Shown here in pieces: positions 7,265 to 14,093 of a stretch of 17,521 nt of DNA. The notes under the pieces were generated by a model. It did not search any database. It had not been told where the DNA came from and worked only from the letters and a program-made list of their open reading frames with translations. The position numbers were made by a program, and so were the translations under genes. Position 1 is the stretch's first letter. The number at the start of each line of letters is the position of its first letter. The DNA is from Polyangiales bacterium (GTDB lineage: Bacteria > Myxococcota_A > Polyangia > Polyangiales > Ga0077539): the NCBI GenBank assembly GCA_044346595.1, contig JBIIYX010000179.1, positions 1-17,521 on the forward strand, in the 5' to 3' direction.

Positions 7265-7750
7265 ATGAGCGCCTTCAGCGAGGCCGTCGACCGAGTCCAA
7301 CGATCACCGCGCGCGCGTGCGGCGATCGTGCTCGTCGTCGGCCTCGCTGCATTTTCCGCGGCGTACAGCGGGCTCGCGACGAGCGGCCCGGCCCTCTGCC
7401 CTTCGCGGCTCGTCTTCGACACGCCGTGCGCGACCTGCGGAATGACCCGCGCCTTCGCAGGCCTTCTTCACGCCGACCTCGAGTACGCGCTGCGCGCCAA
7501 CGCGGGCTCTCCGCTGGCGTTCGCGATCGTGCTCGCGCACGGGCTCGCGTACCTCGCGCAGCTCTTCACCGGGCGCACGCTCGTGCGTGATTTCTGGGCG
7601 AACCGCCGAAGCAAACGCGTCGCAGGCGCGCTGCTGCTCTCGCTCGTGCTCTTCTCGGCCGTGAGCAATTTCGTTCGGCACCGAGAGGGACGCGGGCCCT
7701 TGCACCTCGCGCCGTGGAGCGCCGCTCAGTTGCGCCCTGCGACGCACTGA
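7265..7750 (+). CDS. DUF2752-family small membrane protein (CPx..CxxCGxTRA motif).
   Basis: N-terminal TM 'AAIVLVVGLAAFSAAYSGL' is followed by 'CPSRLVFDTPCATCGMTRAFAGLLHADLEYALRANAGSPLAF', which matches the DUF2752 signature (CP...C..CG.TRA...LL.GD...A...NP) as I recall it. There are further TM helices. It starts 8 nt after the TM2x2 gene stop, so it is likely co-transcribed. Confidence 0.75.
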   Translation: MSAFSEAVDRVQRSPRARAAIVLVVGLAAFSAAYSGLATSGPALCPSRLVFDTPCATCGMTRAFAGLLHADLEYALRANAGSPLAFAIVLAHGLAYLAQLFTGRTLVRDFWANRRSKRVAGALLLSLVLFSAVSNFVRHREGRGPLHLAPWSAAQLRPATH

Positions 7751-9687
7751 CAGAGCTGCCTGCGCAAGAGCATCGCGCACTGCCCCGCGCGCAGCCGCTC
7801 GATGTCCGCGCCCGCGGGCGTCGCTGCGAGCGTCGCGCGCTGCGCCATCACGCTCTGCAGCTCGTCGCAGCGATCGCTCGTTCGAAGCACCACCCTCGCC
7901 CGGCTCGCGGCGTCGAGCAACGCGAGCCGCTCGCGCGCGAGGCGCCCCGCCCGGCGTCGCGCGTCCTGTGAGCGGCCGAACACGGTCTCTTCTGCGAGCA
8001 CGCGCGCCGCGGTGCGAGAGCGGGCGAGCGCTCCGACGCGCAAGAGCGTCTCGGCGCTGCTGCCCGCGCCAGGGTCGTCGAGCAGACGCAGCAGCGTGCG
8101 CACGAGCGCCTCGTCCTCGGCGAGCTGAGGGTCGCGCGAGGTGGCGTTGGCGAACGCGCCGACCGCAGCGACCCCTTGTCGATCCGCGGCGTAGAGCATG
8201 GCGAGCTGCATCGAGACGAGCGCGTCGTCCTCGGCGTTGGGGTGCGCGATTTTGCGGGCGACGAGCGCATCAATGGCCGAGCGAACGTCGCCGTGCGCGG
8301 CGCGCGAGAGCGCCGAGGAGACGTCGGATTGCGCCCGAAGCGCCGCGATACGCTCGCTCGTGCTCGACGCTCGGGCGACGCGCGCGCGGCGGCCGGACGT
8401 GGACGCGAGCGACCACGAGAGGTTCACCACGACGCTGAGCGCGACGATCAGCACGACGACGACCGGAACTTCACCGAGCCGCCCCATGCGGATCACCGGC
8501 AGCCCGAGGATCTTCGGCGGCGCGGTCGCACCAGCGGGCGCGAGCGCGCTCGGAGCGGTCGTTTGCAGGTGATCTTGAATCGTGGGGGCAGTATTCGAGA
8601 CGGTGGGCGCGTCGATGGCGCCCTGCGCTGCGTACAGGGTCTTCTCGTGCGCGACGACGCTGCTGGTGGCGGGCTGCGTCGCGGCGAAGCCGAGCTGCGC
8701 GGTCGCCGTCGCGAGCGTGGGCGCGAGGCACTCGTCGATGGCGTCCATCGCGTCGGAGACCGAGGCGAAGCGCTCGATCGGGCTCTTGGCGAGGAGGCGA
8801 TCGAAGACGCCGTCGATCGCCGCTGGCAGATCGGGCGCCGCGGAGCTCGCGCGCGGGACCGCCCCGTTGACTTGCAGATCGAGCAGCTCGAGGAGGTTCT
8901 TGTGGTCGAAGGGCTTTCGCCCGGTGAGCAGCTCGAACGCGAGGACGCCGAACGCGTACTGATCGGCGGCGGCGTCGACGCGGCGGCCCATGGCCTGCTC
9001 GGGGGACATGTAGTGCGGCGTTCCGAAGATGACGCCGGTTTGCGTGAGGGGCTTGTCGCTCTCGCTCGCGCCGGTGAAGCGCGCGATCCCGAAGTCGATG
9101 ATCTTCACGAGCTCTTCGCCCGCGGCGCGCGGAACGACCAGGATGTTCTCGGGCTTGAGGTCTCGGTGGACGATCTCGAGCGAGTGCGCTCTGCCGAGCG
9201 CCGAGGCGATCTGTCGCAAGAGCTTGAGCGCGCGCAGCGTCGCGGGCCGCGGCGTCTCACCGAGCAGCTCTCTGAGCGAGCGCCCCTCGATGAACTCCAT
9301 CGCGAGAAAAAACGCTCCGTCGTCGAGCTGACCGAAGTCCGACGCCGACGCGATGTTCTCGTGCTCGAGCCGCGCCATGGCCATCGCCTCGCGCTCGAAG
9401 CGCGCGCGCACCTCGGCGTTCGAGTGCATGTCCGCGTGCAGGATCTTGATCGCGACCTTCTTGCCGAGCGCGGTGTGCTCGGCGAGGTAGACGGCGCCCA
9501 TCCCGCCCTCGCCGATGCGCTCGATCACGCGAAAGCGCGAGGCGACCAGCGCGCCCACGAGCGGGTCGCTCGGCGCAGACGCGCGCGGCGCATCCTCGGG
9601 CTGAGACGGCGCTGGCGCGCTCGCGGCGGCCGTCGAACGCGGCCCCATTGTGGGCGCGTCACGGTCGGTGATCGACGGGTTGCTCAA
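7726..9687 (-). CDS. Membrane Ser/Thr protein kinase with a C-terminal helical (Ala/Arg/Leu-rich, TPR-like) extracytoplasmic domain.
   Basis: Kinase motifs: GEGGMGAVYLAEH, VAIKILH, HRDLKPENILV, DFGIARF, GTPHYMSPEQ. TM segment VPVVVVLIVALSVVVNLSWSLA. It starts 9 nt after the upstream secreted-protein gene. Its 3' end overlaps the convergent DUF2752 gene by 25 nt. Confidence 0.9.
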   Translation of the reverse strand: MSNPSITDRDAPTMGPRSTAAASAPAPSQPEDAPRASAPSDPLVGALVASRFRVIERIGEGGMGAVYLAEHTALGKKVAIKILHADMHSNAEVRARFEREAMAMARLEHENIASASDFGQLDDGAFFLAMEFIEGRSLRELLGETPRPATLRALKLLRQIASALGRAHSLEIVHRDLKPENILVVPRAAGEELVKIIDFGIARFTGASESDKPLTQTGVIFGTPHYMSPEQAMGRRVDAAADQYAFGVLAFELLTGRKPFDHKNLLELLDLQVNGAVPRASSAAPDLPAAIDGVFDRLLAKSPIERFASVSDAMDAIDECLAPTLATATAQLGFAATQPATSSVVAHEKTLYAAQGAIDAPTVSNTAPTIQDHLQTTAPSALAPAGATAPPKILGLPVIRMGRLGEVPVVVVLIVALSVVVNLSWSLASTSGRRARVARASSTSERIAALRAQSDVSSALSRAAHGDVRSAIDALVARKIAHPNAEDDALVSMQLAMLYAADRQGVAAVGAFANATSRDPQLAEDEALVRTLLRLLDDPGAGSSAETLLRVGALARSRTAARVLAEETVFGRSQDARRRAGRLARERLALLDAASRARVVLRTSDRCDELQSVMAQRATLAATPAGADIERLRAGQCAMLLRRQLCQCVAGRN

Positions 9688-9696
9688 CGCGATTCC

Positions 9697-10446
9697 TCAG
9701 TGAAATACCCCGAAGAACACGCCGCGTCCCCGCCCGTGCCCGTGTCCGCGCCCGCGGTGACGGCCGCGATGCCGACCGCGGTGATGGTCATCGTCATCGT
9801 CGTCGTGATCACCCACGACCACCACGCCCGGAAGCATTGGCGCCACGACGACGCCCGGCGTCTGCACGGTGATCGACGGTCCAACGACAGCGACGCCCGG
9901 CTGCTGTACGACCATCTGCGGCTGTTGCACGACGACCTGCGGCCGCTGCACTTCGACCACGGGCGCGGCCAGCGCGACGGAGGGCGCTTGAACCACGGCG
10001 GTCGGACCCGCGACGGCGACCACGGTGATGGGCGCAGCGACGACCTCGACGGGCTGCGCGGTGGGCGTCGCTTGCACGGTGACTTGCACGGGGTAGCTGC
10101 CCGCGGTCACGCCGGTGACGTGGCCCACGTAGCGGTGGTGCGGCTCGTCGTAGGTCATCACGACGGGCAGCGGGTCTTCGTCGGGCCTGCGAATCTCCAC
10201 GGTGATCGCGTGCGCGCGCACGGGCTCGCCCGCTGGGTCCCGCACTTCGGCGACGAGCGTCCCGTCGGGCTGCGACGAGACGCTGGTGGTGAGCGCCGCA
10301 GAGACGCCGACGCTGTTGGTCGTGCCCGCAGGGACCTGCTCGGTTCGCGGCGCTTCTTGAACGTTGGGCGTCCTCGGCGACTCACCACACACGCGCAGCG
10401 AGAGACCGACCATCACCAGCATCGTGGCGAGCTTCATGCGCCACAC
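9697..10446 (-). CDS. Secreted repeat protein (signal peptide; Val/Gln/Pro-rich repeats) with a C-terminal acidic-His/Arg-Gly tail DHDDDDDDHHRGRHRGRHRGRGHGHGRGRG.
   Basis: N-terminus MWRMKLATMLVMVGLSLRVCGES is a signal peptide with a possible lipobox Cys. The central region is VVAAPITVVAVAGPTAVVQAPSVALAAPVVEVQRPQVVVQQPQMVVQQPGVAVVGPSITVQTPGVVVAP. The unusual C-terminal tail suggests metal or polyanion binding. Confidence 0.65.
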   Translation of the reverse strand: MWRMKLATMLVMVGLSLRVCGESPRTPNVQEAPRTEQVPAGTTNSVGVSAALTTSVSSQPDGTLVAEVRDPAGEPVRAHAITVEIRRPDEDPLPVVMTYDEPHHRYVGHVTGVTAGSYPVQVTVQATPTAQPVEVVAAPITVVAVAGPTAVVQAPSVALAAPVVEVQRPQVVVQQPQMVVQQPGVAVVGPSITVQTPGVVVAPMLPGVVVVGDHDDDDDDHHRGRHRGRHRGRGHGHGRGRGVFFGVFH

Positions 10447-10473
10447 TCTAGCGCACTGCTCGCCGCGGCGTCG

Positions 10474-12021
10474 TCACTCGCCAGCGCACCACGCGAGCAT
10501 CGCGACGCACGGCGCGCTCGTCGGTCGACCGAACTGCCAGTCGAGCGGCAGAAACGCAGCTCCGCCGATATCGAGGTGAACGTACGGAAGCCCGCTGCCC
10601 TTCAGCCCGCTCGCGGCGTCGAGAAATGCGAACGGTCCCTGGTGGCCGCGCATGGTGTCCACGCTCGCAAGTCGATTACTGGACACCAAATCTTCTGCGT
10701 TGGTCTTCGCCGCGCAAAACGCGTAGTCCTCGCGGCGGACGCGGGTCCACTCGAAGGGCTCACCCCAGCGCTCTCCGCAGTCGACGAGCTGCGCGATGAT
10801 CCCTCGATCGCGGGAAGCTTTGTTCTCGATCGCGCCCACGTACGGGCCGAACGCGCGGATCACATGGCCCGTCAGTGTGGCCAGCGATGCGATCACGCTC
10901 TCTCCACCGTCGGCCTTGGCGCGGGCGCGCAGGTCCGAGAGGAGATCCGCGAGCACGAGCCTCCCTTCGGCGTCGGTGTTGCCGATGCGCACGCGCACGC
11001 CAGCGTGAGAGGTGATCACCTCGTCGCTGACGAACGACTCTTCGCCGATCGAGTTGCGCACCATGCCGAGCAGCGCGACGACGCGCGTGCCCTTCAGCTT
11101 CGCCGCGGCGCAGGCGCGGACGAACGCAGCGACGGCGCCAGCGCCGCCCTTGTCGCGGGACATGCCGGCCATCGCGCCGTTGACCTTCAAGTCCGCGCCG
11201 CCGGTGTCGTAGGTGAGCCCCTTTCCTGCGAGGTAGAGCGTGCGAGAGAAGGTCCCGTCTTCGGGCGTGTACTCGAGCTCGATGACGCACGGGCGGTGGC
11301 GCTCGACGACGTTGGACGCGCGCGCGACGGCGCTGAGCAACGGGTACGCGCTGGTGTCGGTCTGGATCTTCACGCGCACGCCGGTGCCCGCAAACGAAGC
11401 CTCGCAGAGCTGCGCTGCGCGCATGGGGGCCATGCGTTCGGGCTCGGTTCCGGTGATGTCTCGGCCGAGCGCGCGGCCGAGCTCGACGCCGCGGAGGTAC
11501 GTGGCGCGCGCGGGGTCGAGCCCGACGATGGCGACGCCCGTCGCGGGGTCCGCTGCCTTCTTCGCCTCGCGCGCTTCGAGCGCGTGCCACTGCGAGCCGA
11601 GCGCAGCCAGCGCGGCGACGTCGAGCGCGCGGTGGTACTTGCTGTCATCGGGCGTCGCGACGGTGATCATGGGCCTGCGCGCGCCCGCGGCGACGGCGCG
11701 GTTCATCGCGGCGGTGACCGTCTCGGCGACGAGGCGCACGTCGTCGGTGTCATCGCCCATCGCGTTGCACGTCGCGAGCACGAGCCTGCCGCCCGGAACG
11801 CCCGCCGAAGGCAGCACCACCGGACCCTGCGCGCCGCGCGCGAAGGCGCGATCTGCGCCGAGCACGGACTCGATCACCGCCCGCGCGTCCCCAGGCAGCG
11901 CGAGCTTGTCGAGGTAGTCCCCCAGCGGCGATGCGCTCACCACGATGAGCGCGTCGAACGCGGTGGCTTCGTGAGAGAGCGAGTCCTTCGAGACGGCGAT
12001 CAGTTCGGGAATGCTGTGCAT
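10474..12021 (-). CDS. pepA: M17-family leucyl aminopeptidase (cytosol aminopeptidase).
   Basis: Carries the M17 signature NTDAEGRL. The active-site region 'AGKGLTYDTGGADLKVNGAMAGMSRDKGGAGAV' matches the M17 consensus (VGKGxTFDSGG...MxxDMxGAA). Confidence 0.88.
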   Translation of the reverse strand: MHSIPELIAVSKDSLSHEATAFDALIVVSASPLGDYLDKLALPGDARAVIESVLGADRAFARGAQGPVVLPSAGVPGGRLVLATCNAMGDDTDDVRLVAETVTAAMNRAVAAGARRPMITVATPDDSKYHRALDVAALAALGSQWHALEAREAKKAADPATGVAIVGLDPARATYLRGVELGRALGRDITGTEPERMAPMRAAQLCEASFAGTGVRVKIQTDTSAYPLLSAVARASNVVERHRPCVIELEYTPEDGTFSRTLYLAGKGLTYDTGGADLKVNGAMAGMSRDKGGAGAVAAFVRACAAAKLKGTRVVALLGMVRNSIGEESFVSDEVITSHAGVRVRIGNTDAEGRLVLADLLSDLRARAKADGGESVIASLATLTGHVIRAFGPYVGAIENKASRDRGIIAQLVDCGERWGEPFEWTRVRREDYAFCAAKTNAEDLVSSNRLASVDTMRGHQGPFAFLDAASGLKGSGLPYVHLDIGGAAFLPLDWQFGRPTSAPCVAMLAWCAGE

Positions 12022-12064
12022 GTCGCCGCGGAGCGTAGCAACGCGCGCGAGCCGAGTGTGACGA

Positions 12065-13978
12065 CTACGCGAGGAAGTGCGTGACGCTCATGAGCGAGAT
12101 CACGACGCCGAGCAGCGACTCGCCGGCGATGATCCCGGACGCGACCGGGATCGTGTACATCTCGGCGTTCTTCTCGTTGACGCGCGCGTAGGCGTACGCG
12201 AGCAGCGCGCCGATGAACATGCTGATGGAGTTGAACGCGGGGATGACCAGCGCGAGGCCGACGCCCATCGCGCTCGGGAGGTACTTCTTGTACTTCGGCA
12301 GCGCGAGCTCGAGCAGCGGCAGGATGATCCCGATGATGCCGCCGATGAGCATGCCCCAGCGGGCCGTGGGATGCAGCGAGTGCACGCCGTGCGAGAGCGC
12401 CTCGGCGACGCCCTTCCACACCTGCGCGGCGGGCGCAGGAAACTTGTCGCCGCCCAGCGTCGCCGGCGTCGGCACCAGCACGTAGAACAGCGGAACGATC
12501 ACCAGCGTCCCGACGAACGTCCCCGCGAACTGCGCCAGAAACTGCTTGCGAGGGTTGGCGCCGAGCAGGTAGCCCGACTTCAAATCCGTCAGCAAATCTG
12601 CAGCGCTTCCCGCGGCTCCCGCGGTGATGCTCGCGGTCATCAGGTTGGTCGTCACGTTCGCCGGGGCGAGCACGCCGTAGGTGAGCTGCGTGATCTTTCC
12701 CATCGCGCCGACCGGCGTCGTGTCGGTCTCGCCCGTCGCGCGACACGCCACGATCGCGAGCACAAACGAGAGCAGCACAGCGATCACCGAGAGCCACGGC
12801 GCGATGCCGAAGCCCAGCCAGCCGACGATCACCAGCCCCGCCGTCGCGAAGAGCATCCCCGTGGCGAACCAACGATTGGGCACCTCGATGGCGGCCATCT
12901 GATCCTTAACGGTCACCTCTTGGCCTTCGCGATACGGCGCGCCCTCGCCCGCCTTCTGCTTCTTGCCGCCCAACCCGCTAAACGCCCGCAGGATCGTCCG
13001 CCACTGAAGCGCGAACGTCAGCAGCCCCGAGGTCACCATCAGCGCCGCGCCGGGCCAGAGCGACCACGAGACGATTCCGCGGTACGAAATGCGGGTGATC
13101 CCGCCCATCGCGTGGATCTTCGGCGCGAGCACTCCGTAGTTGATCAGCGCCGCGACGAGCATCGACGCGGTCGTGCGAAGCCCCATCATCGCGCCCGCGG
13201 CGACCATGATGAGCGAGCCCTCGAAGCCGATCGTCCACGAGAGCGCGGGCTGACCTGCGATCGTGAGCTTCGGAATCCCGAATTGCGCAGGGATCTTCGA
13301 GAACTTCGTGAGGATCGCCAGGACGCCCGTGGCGCTCGTGGCGTGCGCGTCGCGCAGCCACGAGACGATCGCGCCCAACCCCATGGCGCCGAAGAGCGAG
13401 CGAGCCTTCTTCGCGGACTCTTCGCCCGCAGAATAGAGCGAGCGAAGCGTCTCTGCCGCGGCCGTTCCGCTCGGAAACTGCAGCTGCTCGACGTTGATCA
13501 TCTGCCGCTTCATCGGGATGGCCATCACCGTCCCGAGCACCGCGAGCAAGAACGTCCACGCCATCAGCAACGGCCACGGCATGTGCGAGCCCTTCACGAG
13601 CAGATACGCGCACATCGCAGAGACCATCGTCCCGCCCGTCGAGTACCCCGCGGACGACGCCGTCGACGCCATCGCGTTGTTCTCGAGCAGCGAGAGGTTC
13701 GTCGAGAACACGCCGATCGCTTGCAGCACTCTGCCGAGCGCAAACGACAAGATGCACGCGGTGATCGCGACGCCCAAGCCCCACCCGGTCTTCAGCCCCA
13801 CGTACAAGTTCGACGCGGACATCACCACGCCGATCGCCGACCCCATCACGAACGAGCGCAGCGTAAACTGCGGCATCGTGTCGCCCTGGTAGACGGTCTT
13901 GTACCAATGGAGCTCGGGGTCGACGCCGTCCGGAGCCTTCGTCGGCGCGCTCGGTGTAGCCGTGGGTTCTGCGTGCAT
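12065..13978 (-). CDS. OPT-superfamily oligopeptide transporter.
   Basis: 'NLYVGLKTGWGLGVAITACILSFA' is the OPT-family N-terminal motif, and the protein has many TM helices. The track ORF begins at TTG 14014; the in-frame ATG at 13978 (MHAEPTATPS...) is preferred. The gene ends 43 nt upstream of pepA. Confidence 0.88.
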   Translation of the reverse strand: MHAEPTATPSAPTKAPDGVDPELHWYKTVYQGDTMPQFTLRSFVMGSAIGVVMSASNLYVGLKTGWGLGVAITACILSFALGRVLQAIGVFSTNLSLLENNAMASTASSAGYSTGGTMVSAMCAYLLVKGSHMPWPLLMAWTFLLAVLGTVMAIPMKRQMINVEQLQFPSGTAAAETLRSLYSAGEESAKKARSLFGAMGLGAIVSWLRDAHATSATGVLAILTKFSKIPAQFGIPKLTIAGQPALSWTIGFEGSLIMVAAGAMMGLRTTASMLVAALINYGVLAPKIHAMGGITRISYRGIVSWSLWPGAALMVTSGLLTFALQWRTILRAFSGLGGKKQKAGEGAPYREGQEVTVKDQMAAIEVPNRWFATGMLFATAGLVIVGWLGFGIAPWLSVIAVLLSFVLAIVACRATGETDTTPVGAMGKITQLTYGVLAPANVTTNLMTASITAGAAGSAADLLTDLKSGYLLGANPRKQFLAQFAGTFVGTLVIVPLFYVLVPTPATLGGDKFPAPAAQVWKGVAEALSHGVHSLHPTARWGMLIGGIIGIILPLLELALPKYKKYLPSAMGVGLALVIPAFNSISMFIGALLAYAYARVNEKNAEMYTIPVASGIIAGESLLGVVISLMSVTHFLA

Positions 13979-14024
13979 CAGGGGCGCGAGGGTAGCAAAC
14001 CGTCGGAGAAACAATGGGCCCGTG

Positions 14025-14075
14025 TTGACTTAGTATCACTCAGCAACTAAGTCTTGTTTCGCTCAGTCACTGAGC
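14025..14075. promoter_or_regulatory. Divergent promoter/operator region between the OPT operon (-) and the MVP gene (+), with a -35-like TTGACT and two perfect palindromes.
   Basis: TTGACT at 14025..14030. Palindrome 1: gacttagt (14027-14034)-N11-actaagtc (14046-14053). Palindrome 2: gctcagt-c-actgagc (14061-14075). The region is locally AT-richer. SD ggagga (14079-14084) lies 9 nt before the MVP ATG. Confidence 0.45.
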
Positions 14076-14093
14076 ATCGGAGGACGGCACGTC

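Noticed and set aside
5517-7422. Multiple ORFs in other frames over the TM2 genes (5557..6288 +, 5651..6382 -, 6215..6832 +, 6340..7422 -, 6432..6851 -, 6486..7268 +)
   Set aside because: They arise because Gly/Pro/Gln repeat DNA (ggn/ccn/cag) is stop-free in all frames. Only the frames giving TM2 domains are coherent.
8176-12084. 1302-aa ORF on + strand
   Set aside because: Arg/Asp/Gly/His-rich with no recognisable domains. It lies antisense to three well-supported minus-strand genes (kinase, secreted protein, M17 aminopeptidase). It is a classic stop-poor antisense frame in ~70% GC DNA.
13979-14014. TTG start at 14014 for the OPT gene
   Set aside because: There is no SD for either candidate start, and ATG at 13978 is a far more common start codon. 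This is kept as an alternative.
12000-14050. 657-aa + ORF 12077..14050 and minus ORFs 12000..12872, 12978..14039
   Set aside because: Alternate frames over the OPT transporter gene, which has clear OPT motifs and hydrophobic TM pattern in its own frame.
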